A stretch of DNA of 64,000 bases, taken from NCBI GenBank assembly GCA_018401645.1, contig JAGYKK010000006.1, positions 24,437 to 88,436 on the forward strand, written 5' to 3'. The first letter of the stretch is position 1; the number at the start of each line of letters is the position of its first letter. Positions 1 to 10,316 of the stretch are shown piece by piece. The position numbers were made by a program, and so were the translations under genes. The stretch comes from Mycobacterium sp. (GTDB lineage Bacteria; Actinomycetota; Actinomycetes; Mycobacteriales; Mycobacteriaceae). The notes beneath the pieces were generated by a model, which saw only the letters and a program-made list of their open reading frames with translations, searched no databases and was not told the DNA's origin.

Positions 1-152
1 TCGTCGACTTCGCCGCGGGCTTGGCCTTCGCGCTGCGCGGGTCTTTCGACAAGGTCGCCACCAAGGTGTTCCTACTGGCCCCGGCGGATGTCGACGTCAG
101 CGCCGACGAGCGTCGCCGAATCGCTGAAGCGGGCTTCTACAGCTACCAGTGA
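1..152 (+). CDS. sepF: Cell division protein SepF, C-terminal part (truncated by window start)
   Basis: Frame from base 3 reads [49 protein letters not shown], the mycobacterial SepF C-terminus; lies upstream of yggT-wag31. Confidence 0.92.
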   Translation, partial: VDFAAGLAFALRGSFDKVATKVFLLAPADVDVSADERRRIAEAGFYSYQ

Positions 153-227
153 CCGCAACGAACGCATCTTGAGGTGATCGGTAGGCTGGCGGTCTTCCCT
201 CCCGCTGCCAGTTAGGACCGGTTTTCG

Positions 228-530
228 ATGGCGCTGTTGTTCCAACTCATGGGTTTCGCGCTGTTTCTGTTCTGGCTGCTGCTGATCGCCCGGATCGTCG
301 TGGAGTTCATTCGTTCGTTCAGTCGGGACTGGCACCCCCGCGGGGCCACGGTGGTGGTCCTTGAGGTCATCATGACTGCCACCGACCCGCCGGTGCGACT
401 CCTGCGCCGCGTGATTCCGCAGCTGACCATCGGTTCGGTCCGCCTCGATTTCTCCATCATGGTGCTACTCCTGCTGGCTTTTCTTGCGATGAATTTCTTC
501 TTCGGCCTGGCCCGGAGCGCGGCTGGCTGA
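228..530 (+). CDS. YggT/YlmG family membrane protein (Rv2146c-like)
   Basis: Hydrophobic 100 aa ORF with TDPPVRLLRRVIP and LDFSIMVLL motifs, between sepF and wag31. Confidence 0.9.
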   Translation: MALLFQLMGFALFLFWLLLIARIVVEFIRSFSRDWHPRGATVVVLEVIMTATDPPVRLLRRVIPQLTIGSVRLDFSIMVLLLLAFLAMNFFFGLARSAAG

Positions 531-717
531 TCCGGTTGGGCCAGCTGGGACGGGCCCGGACCCGCTGCCCGATTCACCCACTATTGGTCGGTCGTATGCA
601 ACCGGCGGGTCTGGTGTGACAGGATGGGCGGCAGTTACAGTATGGAACTGCGGGCGCGAGGCGCGTTCGACACTGCCAGGCGGGTGATTCCGCGGTCCAC
701 GATCGGAAGGGGCAGAG

Positions 718-1479
718 ATGCCACTGACACCGGCTGACGTGCACAATGTCGCCTTCAGCAAGCCGCCCATTGGGAAGCGCGGGTACAACGAGGACGAGGT
801 CGACGCTTTCCTCGACCTGGTGGAGACCGAACTCGCTCGACTCGTCGAGGAGAATGCCGACCTGCGCCAGCGGGTAAGCGAACTCGACAGCGACCTGGCC
901 TCGGCGCGATCCGGCGTGGTGCAGGTCACCGAGGCCGTCCCGCTCTACCAACCCGAGTCAGAGGTCGCCGTGGTGGTGGCGGAGCGGTCCACACAACTCA
1001 GCGATGATCAGGCACACAAGGCGACCCGCGTTCTAAGCCTTGCCCAGGACACCGCCGATCGGTTGACCTCCACGGCCATTTCCGAGGCGGACAAAATGGT
1101 CGCCGATGCCAGGGCCAGTGCCGAGCAGATCGTGTCCGAGGCCCGCTACATCGCCGAAGCGACCGTGACCGATGCGCAACAGCGCGCCGATGCGATGCTC
1201 GGCGACGCTCAGTCTCGCTCCGAGTCGCAACTGCGGCAGGCCTATGAGAAGGCCGACTTCCTGCAGTCCGACGCCGAGCGCAAGCACACCGAGTTCATGA
1301 ACTCCATCAACCAGCAGCGCGCGGTTCTGGAAGGTCGCCTCGAGCAGCTCCGGACCTTCGAGCGCGAATACCGCACCCGTTTGAAGACCTACCTGGAGTC
1401 TCAGCTTGAGGAGCTGGGTCAGCGCGGCTCGGCAGCGCCGGTCGACGCCGGCGACGGCGGGTACGGGCAATATCAGTAG
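718..1479 (+). CDS. wag31: DivIVA-family polar growth protein Wag31
   Basis: N-terminus [33 protein letters not shown]; C-terminal [20 protein letters not shown]. Confidence 0.97.
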   Translation: MPLTPADVHNVAFSKPPIGKRGYNEDEVDAFLDLVETELARLVEENADLRQRVSELDSDLASARSGVVQVTEAVPLYQPESEVAVVVAERSTQLSDDQAHKATRVLSLAQDTADRLTSTAISEADKMVADARASAEQIVSEARYIAEATVTDAQQRADAMLGDAQSRSESQLRQAYEKADFLQSDAERKHTEFMNSINQQRAVLEGRLEQLRTFEREYRTRLKTYLESQLEELGQRGSAAPVDAGDGGYGQYQ

Positions 1480-1569
1480 GGCCGGTTGTCGGTAGAACCC
1501 CGTTAACGGGATCGGCCCAGTTCTGATGGGGTCAGCCCAACACCACCCAGCGGCGCGGGAGGCCCCATC

Positions 1570-2094
1570 ATGTTGATGGTTGCGCTGATTCTCGCGGTGA
1601 TCGGCCTGGTGGCATTGGTGGTTGCGGTCGCCACCAACAACGAGATGGTTGCCTGGGTGTGCATCGCGGCCAGTTCTCTCGGCGTGATCGTGCTGATCGT
1701 CGATGCCATTCGGGAGCGCACGGGGGAGCGCACGGGGGAGCGCACGGGGGAGCGCACGTCCGACCCGATCGAGGAATCCGGGCCTGATAACTCGGCGGTT
1801 CCCTTTGCTTCTGACGCTGAAGACATCGACGTCCCCAGCACCGACGTCACGGAGGTCGTTGACGTGACGGAGGTCGTTGACGTGACGGAGGTCGTTGACG
1901 TGACGGAGGTCGTTGACGTGACGGATTTCATCGCGACCGAAGATCACCCTGAGGAACTCGTCCACGACGAACCGGAGTACGACATGCCTGGTGACGACGA
2001 ACCGGAGTATGAAGAGTCCACCGAGGAAGCCGCGATCCACATTGTCGATGAGTTGCCGGAACCCGACCGGCGATCTCCCGGCGACGAGGCCTGA
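1570..2094 (+). CDS. Small membrane protein (Rv2144c-like) with acidic, repeat-expanded C-terminus
   Basis: Two N-terminal TM segments (MLMVALILAVIGLVALVVAV...AWVCIAASSLGVIVLIVDAIRER); position after wag31. Confidence 0.8.
   Translation: MLMVALILAVIGLVALVVAVATNNEMVAWVCIAASSLGVIVLIVDAIRERTGERTGERTGERTSDPIEESGPDNSAVPFASDAEDIDVPSTDVTEVVDVTEVVDVTEVVDVTEVVDVTDFIATEDHPEELVHDEPEYDMPGDDEPEYEESTEEAAIHIVDELPEPDRRSPGDEA
1712..1758 (+). repeat. 12-bp tandem repeat (gggagcgcacgg) x~3.9, encodes ERTG
   Basis: Read directly from the sequence. Confidence 0.95.
1843..1925 (+). repeat. 18-bp tandem repeat (gacgtgacggaggtcgtt) x~4.6, encodes DVTEVV
   Basis: Read directly from the sequence. Confidence 0.95.
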
Positions 2095-2098
2095 TCTC

Positions 2099-3463
2099 AT
2101 GGGTATCGAGTACGCCAGTGTTGTCGCCCATCCACTTGACAAGGTGTTCGCCTGGCACACCCGACCGGGCGCGATGCGCCGTCTGGTGCCGCCGTGGCAG
2201 CCCATGCGGGTCGTTAAGGAGACCGAGTCGTTGGCCGACGGTACCGCTGTTCTCGGCCTTCCGGCAGGCCTGCGTTGGATAGCGCGACATGACCCGGCGG
2301 GTTATGATCCGCCGTATCAGTTCCGTGACGTACTCTCCTCCGACGGTGTGATGACGTTGCCGCCACGGGTGATCGGATGGTGGCGGCACACCCACCGGTT
2401 CAGCGACGCCGGGCGCGGTACCACCCGGGTCCACGACATCGTTGACACCACGGTGCCCGCGGTGGCACTGCGATCGACCTTCGCCTACCGGCACCGCCAA
2501 CTGGCCGAGGACCTGGCCGCGCACTCCGATGCGGCGTCGGCGGGCGCGCGGGGGCTGACCGTCGCGGTCACCGGATCCTCCGGCTTGGTTGGCACCGCAC
2601 TGAGCGCGTTTCTGAGTACCGGTGGTCACCAGGTGATTCGTCTGGTGCGCGGTGATCCGGTCAATGACGGCGAACGACGGTGGGTACCGAGTCAACCTGC
2701 GGGTGACCTGCTCGACGGAGTTGACGCCGTGATCCATCTGGCGGGGGAGTCCATCGCCGGGCGGTTCACCGCTTCGCACCGCAAGGGCGATCCGGACTCA
2801 CGCATCGAGCCGACCCGCCGCCTCGCCGGAGTCGCCGCGGCCACCGGCGGGCGACTGAAAACCTTCATCAGCGCCTCAAACGTCGGCTTCTACGGTTACG
2901 ACTGCGGCGATACGGTGCTCGATGAAGACGGTCCCCGGGGCGACAGGTTTCTCGCCGAGGTCGTCGCGGATTGAAGCGGCGACCGCACCCGCCGCCGCCG
3001 CCGGACTGCGGGTGGTTCAGTGCGGACCGGGATCGTGCAGGCTACGCCGCCGGCGCGCGCTGAAACTGCTGCGGCCCCTGTTCGCGACAGGCCTGGGTGG
3101 GCGGTTGGGCGGTGGGCGGCAGTGGCTGTCCTGGATCGGCCTTGACGATCTGCTTGACGTCTACTACCGCGCGATCTACGACGACAGGCTGACCGGGGCG
3201 GTCAACGCGGTCGGGCCTGAACCGGTCCGCAACAGCGACTACACCAAGGCGTTGGCGGCGACGTTGCGTCGGCCGGCATACAGGTGCCGGTGCCGTCGAT
3301 CGGCCCGCGGTTGCTGCTCGGAAGCAGGGTGCGGCGGAATTGGCTGAGGCCGACCAGCGGGTTCGTCCCGCAATGCTGGAGGAGTTGGGACACCGGTTCC
3401 GCCAGCCGACCGTACAGGACGCTGGCCCATCAACTCGTACGACCTGGCCCCGGGGTGCTGTAG
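2099..3463 (+). CDS. TIGR01777-family NAD-dependent epimerase with N-terminal SRPBCC-like domain (frameshifted; end approximate)
   Basis: VFAWHTRPGAMRRLVPPW N-domain, VAVTGSSGLVG Rossmann motif, AVIHLAGESIAGRF, and GGRLGGGRQWLSWIGLDD in a second frame. Confidence 0.8.
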
Positions 3464-3525
3464 CGGCGCCGAGTTGGTGACCTATTCCCGCGCGCGGACC
3501 GGGTGCGGTCGGGCACCATAGGGGC

Positions 3526-4662
3526 ATGGCCGCCGATCCCGTGATGCTCGACGGCGCGGGACTGGGTCTCCTCGTTGATGAACTCCGCGGACGTGGTTAC
3601 CGGGTGATCGGCCCCACCCTGGCGGACAACGCGATCGTGCTCGCCGAATTGACCAGCGCGTCCGACCTGCCCAACGGATGGGGCGTCGACGTCGCGCCGG
3701 GGACCTACCGGTTACGCCAGCGTGCGGACAGCGCGGCGTTCGGGCACTCCGCCGGCCCGCAGTCCTGGAAACAGTTCGTCCACCCTCCCCGGCAGATGGT
3801 GTGGTCATCGGACCCCGACGGTGCCGATCTCCATAACGGCAGACCTCCCGAGGATGGTGCGCGTTACGCATTCCTCGGTGTCCGTGGTTGCGATCTCGCC
3901 GCACTTGGCGTGCTCGATCGGGTGCTGGCCGGTGGTAGCCATCCCGACAGCTCCTATACCGCGCGAAGTGACGGGGTCTTCGTGGTTGCCGTCAACTGCA
4001 CCGAACCCGGGGGGCTGTGTTTCTGCGCCTCCATGGGTACCGGCCCGGCCTGCGGGCCCGGTTACGACCTGTAGCCATGACTGAACGGGTGGACGGCGAC
4101 AACGTCAGCTACCTCGTTGAGGTGGGTACAGAGTTCGGTGCCCGGAGTGCTGGCCGCGTTGCCGCACCGATTGGCCGAACCGACCGAGTGCGCGGCTGCC
4201 GCTGACGAAATCGCGGCGGCAGCAACACAAAATGGGCCGCAAATGCCTGAGCGGGATTTGCGCCAACTGCTTGTCGACTCCCGGGAGTCGGCGCACTGGT
4301 CAGAGGTTGCCGATCGCTGCCTCACCTGTGGTAACTGCACCATGGTGTGTCCGACCTGTTTTTGTACCTCCGTCTCCGAGGTCACCGATCTGACGGGCGA
4401 GCATGCCCAACGGTGGTCGGAATGGGCGTCGTGCTTTGAATTGGACTTTACCTTCATCCATGACGGGCCGGTCCGGACGTCGGGAGCATCCCGGTACCGG
4501 CACTGGCTGACCCACAAGTTGAGTTCCTGGCACGACCAATTCGGCAGTTCGGGTTGTGTGGGCTGCGGTCGCTGTATTGCCTGGTGCCCGCCCGGGATCG
4601 ATATCACCGAGGAGATGGCGATTTTCGATCGCGAACACCCGCGAGAAGGCGCCGATGACTGA
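3526..4662 (+). CDS. hyhB: Group 3b [NiFe]-hydrogenase/sulfhydrogenase beta (Fe-S) subunit, split near 4070-4140
   Basis: GPQSWKQF, GVRGCDL, CFCASMGTGP, then CLTCGNCTMVCPTCFC and GCVGCGRCIAWCPPGID in the next frame. Confidence 0.85.
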
Positions 4663-5506
4663 GACCGCGGTTCGCCCGTCGATCCACCCGATGACGCCGG
4701 TGGGCTACCGGGTGCGGACGAAGGTGGTCGAGAACGCCGATTCGGTGACGCTGTGTCTTGAGCCGGTGGACAACGCGCTTCCCGCCCCCGCGCCGGGGGA
4801 GTTCAACATGCTGCATGCATTCGGCGTCGGCGAGGTGGCGATCTCCGTCAGTGGCGACCCATCGATCACCGACGGGAGCATCACCCACACCATCCGTTCG
4901 GTCGGTGCGGTCAGCGCCGCGCTGTGCGCGACCGAACCGGGTTCGGCAGTCGGCGTGCGGGGGCCGTTTGGAACCACCTGGGGGTTGCCCGAGGCCGTCG
5001 GCCGAGATCTGGTCATCGTGGCCGGTGGGGTCGGGCTGGCCCCGTTGCGACCGGTCGTGCTCGCTGCGCTCGCCGACCGCAGGCGTTACGGGCGGGTGGT
5101 GCTCATCGCGGGGTCCCGTTCGCAGCGCGAATTTCTCTATGGCGCCGAACTCGCCGCCTGGGAGGACGATCCTCGCCTGGAGGTCCACCTGACCGTCGAC
5201 GTCCCGATCCAGGGCTGGGCCGGGGAGAGCGGATTCGTCACCGAGCCGCTGCGTCGTCTGACCCTGAGCCCCGAGCGAACCACGGCGTTTCTGTGTGGTC
5301 CCGAGGCCATGATGCGTGTCGGTGCGCAGGGGTTGCTCGCGAAAGGACTTGCGGCGTCGAGTATCAGAGTGTCACTGGAGCGCAACATGCAGTGCGGTGT
5401 CGGATGGTGCGGCCACTGTCAGCTCGGGCCGCTGCTGCTGTGCCGCGATGGTCCGGTGGTCGGATACGACGTGGCGTGCCCGCTGCTTGAGACCGGGGAG
5501 CTGTAG
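4655..5506 (+). CDS. hyhG: Group 3b hydrogenase gamma subunit (FAD/NAD(P)-binding, 2Fe-2S)
   Basis: PGEFNML, RGPFG, AGGVGLAPLR, CGPEAMM, ERNMQCGVGWCGHCQLG...CRDGPV. Confidence 0.88.
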   Translation: MTETAVRPSIHPMTPVGYRVRTKVVENADSVTLCLEPVDNALPAPAPGEFNMLHAFGVGEVAISVSGDPSITDGSITHTIRSVGAVSAALCATEPGSAVGVRGPFGTTWGLPEAVGRDLVIVAGGVGLAPLRPVVLAALADRRRYGRVVLIAGSRSQREFLYGAELAAWEDDPRLEVHLTVDVPIQGWAGESGFVTEPLRRLTLSPERTTAFLCGPEAMMRVGAQGLLAKGLAASSIRVSLERNMQCGVGWCGHCQLGPLLLCRDGPVVGYDVACPLLETGEL

Positions 5507-6264
5507 ATGCCCACCCTGGGAGTGTGGAAGTTCGCCTCCTGCGACGGCTGTCAGCTCACCCTGCTCGACTGCGAAGACGAACTGCTGCTACTGGCCGAGC
5601 AGGTGCAGATCGCGACCTTCATCGAGGCGTCCAGTGCCGTCGTCGGCGGCCCCTACGACGTGTCGCTGGTGGAAGGCTCGATCACCACGGCGGGCGACGA
5701 GCGGCGGATTCGGGAAATCCGGGAGCAGTCCGGTGTCCTGGTGGCGATCGGTGCCTGCGCCACCGCCGGCGGCATCCAGGCGCTGCGCAACTTTGCCGAT
5801 GTCGCCGAATTCGCCTCGGTGGTCTACGCACGGCCCGACTACATCGATACTTTGGCCACCTCCACGGCGGCCTCGGCCCACGTGAGTGTCGATTCACGGT
5901 TGCCGGTTGCCCGATTGACCGCGGGCAACTGCTCAGGAAACCGGCGCTGCTGGTCGGCCGCAAACCACGACTGCCCGCCGCCACGGTGTGCACCGAATGT
6001 AAGCGTGCGGGCGTGACCTGTGTGAGCATCGCCGAGGGAATCCCCTGCCTGGGGCCGATCACCCACGCCGGCTGCGGGGCGCTGTGCCCCCGCCATCATC
6101 GCGGCTGCTACGGCTGTTTCGGTCCGACGGCAACACCGAACACCGCTGTGATGATTCCACTACTGCACCGCGACGGGATGTCCGCTCAGGACGTCGACCG
6201 GGTGCTGAGCACCTTCAACGTCACCGCGTTCGACGCCACCCGCGACGACGGGGGCCGGAGTTGA
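5507..6264 (+). CDS. hyhS: Group 3b hydrogenase small (delta) subunit, frameshifted near 5890-5945
   Basis: [28 protein letters not shown], then GCPID and [15 protein letters not shown]...GCYGCFGP in another frame. Confidence 0.87.
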
Positions 6265-7544
6265 CTACGCGCACGATCCGCGTCGGTGCACTGACCCGGG
6301 TCGAGGGCGAAGGTGCGCTGCACGTCGAATTGCGTGATGGCGTGCCCGAGCGAGTCGAGCTCAACATCTACGAGCCGCCAAGGTTCTTCGAGGCGTTCCT
6401 CCGTGGTCGTTGCTATACCGAACCCCCCGACCTCACCGCGCGAATCTGCGGCATCTGCCCGGTCGCGTACCAGATCAGTGCGTGCAATGCGATCGAGGAT
6501 GCCTGCGGGGTCTCCCTCGACCCCGAGTTGGTCGCCCTGCGCCGAGCGCTCTACTGCGGGGAGTGGATTCACAGCCACGCCTTGCACATCTATATGTTGC
6601 ATGCCCCGGACTTCCTCGGGGCGCCCGACATCATCTCCGTGGCCCGCGACCATCGGGCGGCTGTCGAGTGCGGACTCGCGCTGAAGAAGGCCGGAAACCG
6701 GTTGATGGAACTCATCGGCGGCCGTTCGATCCATCCGGTGAATGTCCGGCTTGGTGGCTTCTACTCGGTGCCGTCCCGTGCCGACATGACCGCGATGAGT
6801 GAACAGTTGCGGGTAGCACTTGACAACGCACTGGCGACGGTGACCTGGGTCGCAGGATTCGATTTTCCCGATCTGGAGATCGAGCACGAGTTCCTCGCGC
6901 TGACCGGCGTGCGCTATGCCATCGAGGGCGGGGAGATCATCCGCAGTGCGGGGCCCGCGTTCGACATCGCCGATTTCAGCGAGCACGTGTGCGAGACCCA
7001 GGTGGCGCACTCGACCGCGCTGCACGCCACCCTTGACGGGCGTCGGCACCTGACCGGTCCGTTGGCCCGCTACGCGTTGAACTACGACACACTCTCACCG
7101 CTGGCGCGGGAGGCGGCAACTGCTGCCGGGCTCGACCGAGAGTGCCGAAACCCGTTCCGTTCCATTGTCGTTCGTGCTGTGGAAATCGTCTACGCGGTGG
7201 AGGAAGCGCTGCGGATACTCGAGGGTTATCGCCCGCCGAATCGGCCATATGTCGAGGTCGAGGCCCGTCCGGGGGTGGGTCACGGCGTCAGTGAAGCCCC
7301 GCGTGGCCTGCTCTACCACCGCTATGAGATCGACGCCGCGGGACTGATCAAGTCGGCGTTGATCGTGCCGCCCACCTCTCAGAATCAGGGTGCCATTGAG
7401 GACGATCTCACCCGCGTGGTCGTGGCGGACGGTGGACTCGATGACGCCGCGCTGACCACGATGTGTGAACGCGCGATCCGCAACTACGACCCGTGCATCT
7501 CCTGCGCCACGCACTTCCTCACGTTGAAGGTCGACCGGCGGTGA
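6261..7544 (+). CDS. hyhL: Group 3b [NiFe]-hydrogenase large (alpha) subunit
   Basis: TRVEGEG, L1 motif RICGICPVAY, EAPRG, L2 motif RNYDPCISCATH followed by a cleavable tail; intact frame. Confidence 0.93.
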   Translation: MTTRTIRVGALTRVEGEGALHVELRDGVPERVELNIYEPPRFFEAFLRGRCYTEPPDLTARICGICPVAYQISACNAIEDACGVSLDPELVALRRALYCGEWIHSHALHIYMLHAPDFLGAPDIISVARDHRAAVECGLALKKAGNRLMELIGGRSIHPVNVRLGGFYSVPSRADMTAMSEQLRVALDNALATVTWVAGFDFPDLEIEHEFLALTGVRYAIEGGEIIRSAGPAFDIADFSEHVCETQVAHSTALHATLDGRRHLTGPLARYALNYDTLSPLAREAATAAGLDRECRNPFRSIVVRAVEIVYAVEEALRILEGYRPPNRPYVEVEARPGVGHGVSEAPRGLLYHRYEIDAAGLIKSALIVPPTSQNQGAIEDDLTRVVVADGGLDDAALTTMCERAIRNYDPCISCATHFLTLKVDRR

Positions 7545-8028
7545 CCGTGGCAGCCGACGTTGTGGTGATCGGTATCGCTCGATGTTTACCGCCGCGACGA
7601 CGGGTGGAGCTGCGGCAGTCGCTGCCGTCGCTGCGCTCGGACGACGGGGTGTGCGGGTGGTGACCTGTGCCGCCGAACCGACCGCCATCCTCGATGCCTG
7701 GGCCGGTGCCACCCTCGCGGTAGTCGTGGACGCCGCCGCCGGCGGCACCAGGCGGTGCGGGTGGGAACTCTCGAGGACTTTGCCGAACCAGTGGTGGTCA
7801 GTTCCCATGATCTGAGCGTGCGAGCGACCTACGAACTGGCGGCGGTGTTGGGGCGGGCGCCGGCGGCGGGTGCGGGGTGGTCACGATTAGGGACGTCGCC
7901 GAGGTCGAGTTTTGGCGAGGCGCAGCCCGCGGTGGCGGCGGCCCTACCGGCGGCTGTGCGCGCGGTGCTGTCCGTCATCGGCGACCGGGCTCTGCAGCGT
8001 GCCGAAAACCGCGCACCAGCAGTCGTAA
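7541..8028 (+). CDS. Hydrogenase maturation endopeptidase (HycI/HyaD family), heavily frameshifted
   Basis: Start MTVAADVVVIGI overlaps the hyhL stop; EPTAILDAWAGATLAVVVDAA and VSSHDLSV motifs spread over several frames. Confidence 0.72.
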
Positions 8029-8681
8029 CCGGCGGGCGGCGTCGTCGACCTCGCGAGCGGTGCGTGCGAGGAGGTCGTCGGGCGCTATCCCGAGCCCGGC
8101 CATGTCCCCGGCGGTGTCCTCGTCGATCCACCGCTGCGCGGAGTGCTACGTCCACCTCCGGGTGAAACTGCAATCCCAGACCGCGGCCATGGCTGAAAGC
8201 TTGTGCGGCGCGGTCATTTCGGGCGATAACGGTGGCCCCGGGCGGAACCGTGAACCGGTCAATGCCACTGGAACCGGGAGCCGCCGGGGGACCAGATCGG
8301 GTCTGCTGCTGTGCACGTCGTGCCAGCCGATCTCTGGTGCGGGTGAGCGCCCCACCGTTCCGCCGAGCGCCTGGGCCAGCAGTTGGCCGCCGAAGCTGCA
8401 GATACTGACCCCGCCCGACAGCGCCGTACGCGCCATCGCCATCTGTCGGCCGCAGAGTCAGCCGGGCGTTCGTCGTAGACCGCCCACCGGGCACCCAGTG
8501 CCACGATGACGTCAAAGTGTAGTGGATCGGGGAAAGAGACATCGAACACCGGATCGTCGGCCCGCTCTGGTGCCACCACATCAAAAGTGCGGACGTCGAA
8601 GCCGAATTCGGTAAATGCTTCACCCAGGAGTGCTGCCGGCGCAGTCGGGTCGTTGTGGAGGAACAACACCTGGCGGGGCAT
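7975..8681 (-). CDS. Type 1 glutamine amidotransferase (GMP-synthase-like), frameshifted; 3' end approximate
   Basis: MPRQVLFLHNDP, DVIVALGA, IC-FGGQLLAQALGG, EIGW, FQWH and LGLQFHPE spread over several frames. Confidence 0.78.
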
Positions 8682-8712
8682 CCGCCTACTACGTCGGCGG
8701 TAGCATTGCGGC

Positions 8713-9104
8713 ATGTGGTTGCTGTCCACCGCCTGGTGTGGCTGGTGGCCGCGGCCCACTTCGCTTTCCTGATCTATCTTCCGGTCGGCGGTTTCCTTGC
8801 CCTGCGGATGGTGGAGATGTCCTTGAACGAAGCGTTGTCGAGCAGCGCCGTCAGCGTGCTGTTGCACGTCTCGTGCCCGCTAACCGGGATCGAGCGGCTA
8901 GCCCGGGAACAGGCGGGCATGGCTGCGCTGGGGCCGACGGGATTCATCGATCACTACATCTCGGACGCCGGTGCCCATGTCGTGCAGGCGGCGGCGCTCG
9001 CCGTGGTGGTGGTGTCGTGGATCGGTTACGCGATGACCGGACGTCTACGTCGGTCACAGCGCAGTGTCGGCCCGCTCACTCCCGTGGCCCAGCAAACCTT
9101 GTGA
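8713..9104 (+). CDS. DUF2784-family membrane protein (5' end uncertain)
   Basis: AHFAFLIYLPVGGFLA...CPLTGIERLAREQAG...GFIDHYI pattern. Confidence 0.72.
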
Positions 9105-9138
9105 AGGCCACCCGCCGGGGAGCCTGCATACTGGGGAA

Positions 9139-10128
9139 GTGAACGTGTCGGTGATGGTCTGGGCTGTCACGTGCGCGGTGATCCTGGGGTTGTTCATCTT
9201 CGACTTCTACGCCCATGTGCGCGTGCCCCACGATCCGACCTTCAAAGAGTCGGCGACCTGGTCGGCTGTCTACATCGCGCTGGCGGTGTTGTTCGGGTTT
9301 TTCCTCTGGTGGCAGTGGGGCGGGCAGTACGGCGGGGAGTATTTTGCCGGCTACATCACCGAGAAAGCGCTATCGGTGGACAACCTGTTCGTGTTCACCG
9401 TGATTATGACCTCGTTCGCCGTCCCGCGGCCATACCAGCAGAAACTGCTGCTGATCGGCATCGTGATGGCATTGGTCATGCGGGGTGGGTTCATCGCCAT
9501 CGGCGCGGCCGCGATCAACACGTTCAGCTGGATCTTCTACCTGTTCGGCCTGTTTCTGATTCTCACCGCGGTCAAACTGGCCCGGGAGAGCGGTCACGAG
9601 AAGGAGGCCGAACAGAAACGCGACAGCAAGATCGTGACACTGGTGCGGCGCTTTGTGCCGGTCAGCGATGACTATGACCGCGATAAATTCCTTACCCGGA
9701 TCGACGGCAAGCGGGCCGTTACCCCGCTGATGTTGGCGCTGGTCGCCATCGGATTCACGGATCTCTTGTTCGCGCTGGACTCGATTCCGGCTATCTACGG
9801 GCTTACCAAAGAGCCCTACATCGTCTTCACCGCCAACGCTTTCGCGTTGATGGGCCTGCGACAGTTGTACTTCCTCATCGGTGGGCTGCTCGACCGGTTG
9901 ATCTACCTGTCCGTGGGCTTGTCGATCATCCTCGGCTTCATCGGCGTCAAGCTGATACTGCACGCGCTGCACAAGAACACGCTGCCGTTCATCAACAACG
10001 GCAACTACCTTGACGTGCCGGAGATCTCAACGGGCATGTCCATCAGTGTGATCGTCGCGGTGCTGGCGATCACCACCGTCGCCAGCCTGCTGCGCACCCG
10101 GGGCCGAGCCCCCAGCGACGCCAAATAA
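9139..10128 (+). CDS. TerC/Alx family metal-homeostasis membrane protein
   Basis: YFAGYITEKALSVDNLFVF, DLLFALDSIPA, FTANAFALMGLRQLYF. Confidence 0.92.
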   Translation: MNVSVMVWAVTCAVILGLFIFDFYAHVRVPHDPTFKESATWSAVYIALAVLFGFFLWWQWGGQYGGEYFAGYITEKALSVDNLFVFTVIMTSFAVPRPYQQKLLLIGIVMALVMRGGFIAIGAAAINTFSWIFYLFGLFLILTAVKLARESGHEKEAEQKRDSKIVTLVRRFVPVSDDYDRDKFLTRIDGKRAVTPLMLALVAIGFTDLLFALDSIPAIYGLTKEPYIVFTANAFALMGLRQLYFLIGGLLDRLIYLSVGLSIILGFIGVKLILHALHKNTLPFINNGNYLDVPEISTGMSISVIVAVLAITTVASLLRTRGRAPSDAK

Positions 10129-10146
10129 CGGCAGGTATCCCGTAGG

Positions 10147-10232
10147 TGTCCGAGGGGGGACTTGAACCCCCACGCCCGTTAATAGGGCACTAGCACCTCA
10201 AGCTAGCGCGTCTGCCATTCCGCCACTCGGAC
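10147..10232 (-). tRNA. tRNA-Leu (anticodon GAG)
   Basis: Reverse complement GTCCGAGTGGCGGAATGGCAGACGCGCTAGCTTGAGGTGCTAG...GGTTCAAGTCCCCCCTCGGACA; long variable arm; CCA not encoded. Confidence 0.96.
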
Positions 10233-10316
10233 TCAGTGCACCCCCAAGGGGCAATTTAGGCTAACGGATCGACTCTCGTCGGCCCAAACCCGGCGTGCCG
10301 CCCAACTGCAGGTTGG

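Noticed and set aside
3470-3500. DosR box upstream of the hydrogenase operon
   Set aside because: The best candidate gtgacctattcccg matches only about 8 of 14 positions of the GGGACTWWAGTCCC core, which is too weak.
4072-4074. Recoded TAG (pyrrolysine or readthrough) in hyhB
   Set aside because: Homology continues in a different frame, which points to an indel rather than recoding.
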